Shown here in pieces: positions 44,605 to 47,180 of a DNA stretch of 47,180 bases; within the stretch, counting starts at the first letter, position 1; each line of letters starts with the position of its first letter. Source of the stretch: Actinomycetota bacterium. GTDB lineage: Bacteria > Actinomycetota > UBA4738 > HRBIN12. Below the pieces are notes generated by a model. It was not told where the DNA came from, ran no database searches, and saw nothing but the letters and a program-made list of their open reading frames with translations. The stretch covers positions 1 through 47,180 of the forward strand of contig JAJPHY010000113.1 of NCBI GenBank assembly GCA_021325015.1, read 5' to 3'. Position numbers and translations under genes: made by a program.

Positions 44605-44845
44605 CGGCAGACTGGTCCACCACGGCGTCCAAGTCGGCGCGGAACCGCGTGGCATCCACTCTGGGCGCCCGCACCGCGGCTTCGGCGATCACCGCTCTGG
44701 GCGCGAACCTCCGCGGCTGAATCGGCCGCAGCTCGGCAACAGGGACGCCGTTGCGGGTGATGATGATGGTCTGTCCGGCCTGCGCCTCCCGGAGGATCGC
44801 CGCCGACTGGTTTCGGAGCTCGCGCTGGGAGATGATCCTGGTCAC
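44597..44845 (-). CDS. vapB: Phd/YefM-family antitoxin
   Basis: ISQRELRNQSAAILREAQAGQTIIITRNGVPVAEL; overlaps the vapC start. Confidence 0.9.
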   Translation of the reverse strand: MTRIISQRELRNQSAAILREAQAGQTIIITRNGVPVAELRPIQPRRFAPRAVIAEAAVRAPRVDATRFRADLDAVVDQSAGD

Positions 44846-44851
44846 GAGGGG

Positions 44852-44894
44852 AATGTAGCATCTGTAGCATCTCGTAGCAAGCTCGGGATAGCCT
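44852..44894. promoter_or_regulatory. Back-to-back promoters with three 9-bp repeats (candidate VapB operator)
   Basis: Minus-strand TACATT (44857-52)-6nt-GTG; repeats TGTAGCATC 44854, TGTAGCATC 44863, TCGTAGCAA 44872; plus-strand TAGCCT 44889-94. Confidence 0.6.
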
Positions 44895-44951
44895 GCTCGC
44901 GTGCCTCGTGGCGCCGTCAAGACCGAATGATCCGGGACCGATCCGTTCAAC

Positions 44952-46622
44952 ATGACGGTCGATGGGAGTGCATCTTCCGAGAACGGGGCCCCCGACCTCG
45001 TGCCGGCGCGGATGCTCAACGAGTTCGTCTACTGCCCGCGCCTGTTCTACCTCGAGTGGGTCCAGGGGGAGTGGGCCGAGAGCGAGGACACGCTCGAGGG
45101 CGCATCGGTCCATCGCAGGGTGGAGGAGGAAACCGGCCGGCTACCACCGCCCGAGGAGCTCGACCCCGAGGACCGGATCGCGGCGCGCTCGGTGCTCCTT
45201 TCCGCTCCCGACCTGGGCCTGATCGCTCGCATGGACCTGCTGGAGGGGGAGGGCGGGGCGGTGCGGCCCGTCGACTACAAGAAGGGCGCGCCGGGGCCGC
45301 AAGGTCCGTGGGAGCCCGAGGTCATCCAGCTCTGTGCCCAGGGGCTCGTCCTGCGTGAGAACGGGTACCGGTGCGACGAGGGCGTCCTGTACTATGCGGC
45401 GCCCCGGAAGCGGTTCGCGGTTGTCTTCGATGACCCGCTCGTCGAACGGACCAAGGAGTACCTCGTCCGGCTTCGCGACTCGGTCGAGGCACCGATCCCT
45501 CCGCCCCCGCTGGTCGACAGCCCCAAGTGTCCCCGCTGCTCGCTCGTCGGGATCTGCTTGCCGGACGAGGTCTCGCTTCTGCGGGGCGCGCCGCTCGAGG
45601 AGGTGCGTCGTCTCGTCCCCGCGCGCGACGACGCCACGCCGCTGTACGTCCAGGAGCAGGGCGCGACGGTGGGGAAGTCGGGAGAGCGTCTCGTCGTTCG
45701 CCGACGGGATGCGGATGACGTGCCGGTTCGGCTCCTCGACGTCTCCCAGGTGTCCGTGTACGGGAACGTGCAGGTGACCGCGCAGGCCATCCGAAGCCTC
45801 GCCGAACGCGAGATCCCCGTCTTTCATCACACCTACGGCGGGTGGCTCGCGGCGGTCACCACGGGCATCCACTCCCGCAACGTCGAGCTCCGCGTGGAGC
45901 AGTACCGGGTGGCCGACGAGGAGGCACGGGCGCTTCCGTTCGCCCGTGCGTTCGTCCTCGGGAAGCTCAGGAATCAGCGCACGCTCCTTCGCCGGAACTC
46001 GCCCTCGTCTCCCCGAGGGACCCTCGCCGAGCTCACGCGGATGGCCCGTCTGGTTCAGGAGGCGCCCTCCCGCGATCGCCTGCTCGGTCTCGAGGGGATC
46101 GGAGCCCGCGCCTACTTCGCTCACTTCCCGGAGCTGCTTCGGGATGCGATGGGGTTCGAGCTGTCGGGCCGCGAACGCCGCCCGCCTCCCGACCCGGTGA
46201 ACGCGCTGCTCTCGTTCCTGTACGGGCTCCTCGTGAAGGACGCGGTGCACGCGCTCGTCGCGGTCGGGCTGGATCCCTACCGTGGTCTGTATCACCGTCT
46301 CCGGTACGGGCGGCCTTCGCTGGCGCTGGATCTGGTCGAGGAGTTCAGACCGCTCGTCGCGGACTCCACGGTCCTGGCGCTGGTGAACAACCGCGCCATC
46401 ACGCGTTCGGACTTCATCCGGAGAGGTCGCGCATGTGCCCTCACGCAGACGGCTCGGCGACAGGTGATCCGGGCGTATGAAGCGCGCATGGACACGCTGA
46501 TCCGCCACCCGATCTTCGGCTACCAGGTGAGCTACCGGCGGGTGATCGAGGTGCAAGCCAGGCTGCTCGCACGAGCGATCGCCGGCGAGATCCCCGCCTA
46601 CCGTCCGTTCACGACGCGATGA
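44952..46622 (+). CDS. cas1: Cas4-Cas1 fusion
   Basis: YCPRLFYL, DYKKG, KCPRCSLVGICLP (Cas4); LGLEGIGARAYF, DPVNALLSFLY, HRLRYGRPSLALDLVEEFRP (Cas1). Confidence 0.95.
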   Translation: MTVDGSASSENGAPDLVPARMLNEFVYCPRLFYLEWVQGEWAESEDTLEGASVHRRVEEETGRLPPPEELDPEDRIAARSVLLSAPDLGLIARMDLLEGEGGAVRPVDYKKGAPGPQGPWEPEVIQLCAQGLVLRENGYRCDEGVLYYAAPRKRFAVVFDDPLVERTKEYLVRLRDSVEAPIPPPPLVDSPKCPRCSLVGICLPDEVSLLRGAPLEEVRRLVPARDDATPLYVQEQGATVGKSGERLVVRRRDADDVPVRLLDVSQVSVYGNVQVTAQAIRSLAEREIPVFHHTYGGWLAAVTTGIHSRNVELRVEQYRVADEEARALPFARAFVLGKLRNQRTLLRRNSPSSPRGTLAELTRMARLVQEAPSRDRLLGLEGIGARAYFAHFPELLRDAMGFELSGRERRPPPDPVNALLSFLYGLLVKDAVHALVAVGLDPYRGLYHRLRYGRPSLALDLVEEFRPLVADSTVLALVNNRAITRSDFIRRGRACALTQTARRQVIRAYEARMDTLIRHPIFGYQVSYRRVIEVQARLLARAIAGEIPAYRPFTTR

Positions 46623-46912
46623 GCCGCCACCGATACGTGGTCTGCTACGACGTCAGGGAACCGACCCGACTCCGCCGGACGCACGACACGATGCTCGGCT
46701 TCGGGGATCCGCTCCAGTACTCGGTCTTCGTCTGCGAGCTGTCCAGCTCGGAGCGGATCCTGATGGAGGAGGCGCTGAGACGGGTGGCCGCTCTGGAGGA
46801 GGACTCGGTGTTGATCATCGATCTCGGGCCGGCGTCCGGGGTGGCCCGAGCACGGATTCGCGCCCTGGGCAAGGGACGCGTGCCCGAGCGGGAACGGCTC
46901 ACCGTGGTTTAG
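46619..46912 (+). CDS. cas2: Cas2
   Basis: YVVCYDV, GDPLQYSVF, DSVLIIDLG. Confidence 0.95.
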   Translation: MSRHRYVVCYDVREPTRLRRTHDTMLGFGDPLQYSVFVCELSSSERILMEEALRRVAALEEDSVLIIDLGPASGVARARIRALGKGRVPERERLTVV

Positions 46913-47142
46913 GATTTTCAGTGCGCTGTTGTTCCTTGAGAATCGAAGAGTGAACGAGCGTCATGCGAGCAGCTCGGTGGTGCGGCTCTTCAGCACCCGC
47001 GCTCGAACGACGAAACTCGGAGGTGATGCGGGGTTTCGGCATCGCCCTTGGCTCACCGGCCTCCGGAGAACCCGTCGGGCGAACCGACCGCTCGCGTCGC
47101 GTACCATTTCGTAGCCCCTGACCTGGGCAGACGCGGTACGCT
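46913..47142 (+). promoter_or_regulatory. CRISPR leader
   Basis: Non-coding 230 bp between cas2 and the repeat; inverted GCGAGC (46965-70)/GCTCGC (47090-95). Confidence 0.7.
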
Positions 47143-47178
47143 GTTTCCGCGACCAGATGGTCGCGGCCCCATTGAAGC
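47143..47178 (+). CRISPR. First CRISPR repeat (36 nt); array presumably continues beyond the window
   Basis: GTTTCCGCGACCAGATGGTCGCGGCCCCATTGAAGC; 8-bp stem CCGCGACC/GGTCGCGG; ATTGAAGC 3' end; only one copy visible. Confidence 0.8.
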
Positions 47179-47180
47179 GA

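Overview
Very GC-rich, Actinomycetota-like chromosomal window (taxonomy is inference). Bases 1-27.8 kb are mostly core acyl-CoA and envelope genes: birA, a thiolase-like/VOC/DUF35 operon, a cyclase-ATPase-TPR protein, two acyl-CoA dehydrogenases, M23 and SLT wall hydrolases, hbd, a DUF929-VKOR pair, two glycosyltransferases, acyl-CoA carboxylase beta plus a small partner, a stand-alone Cas4-like nuclease, ccr, mce, an FtsH-like protein, a NUDIX hydrolase and a thiolase. From 27.9 kb the window is a repair/defence block: nurA-herA-sbcD(mre11)-sbcC(rad50), an MNT-HEPN pair (HEPN frameshifted), a DUF222-HNH gene with LexA boxes, then a type I-G (I-U) CRISPR-Cas locus (cas7/csb1, csb2, cas3, short cas8) split from cas4-cas1 and cas2 by an IS remnant and a vapBC pair. 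The window ends in the leader and first 36-nt repeat. Most notable: a LexA box plus PafBC-type promoter facing into the cas operon, an in-frame TGA in the Cas3 HD domain, and back-to-back vapB and cas4-cas1 promoters sharing 9-bp repeats. All family assignments come from motif recognition by eye, not database searches.
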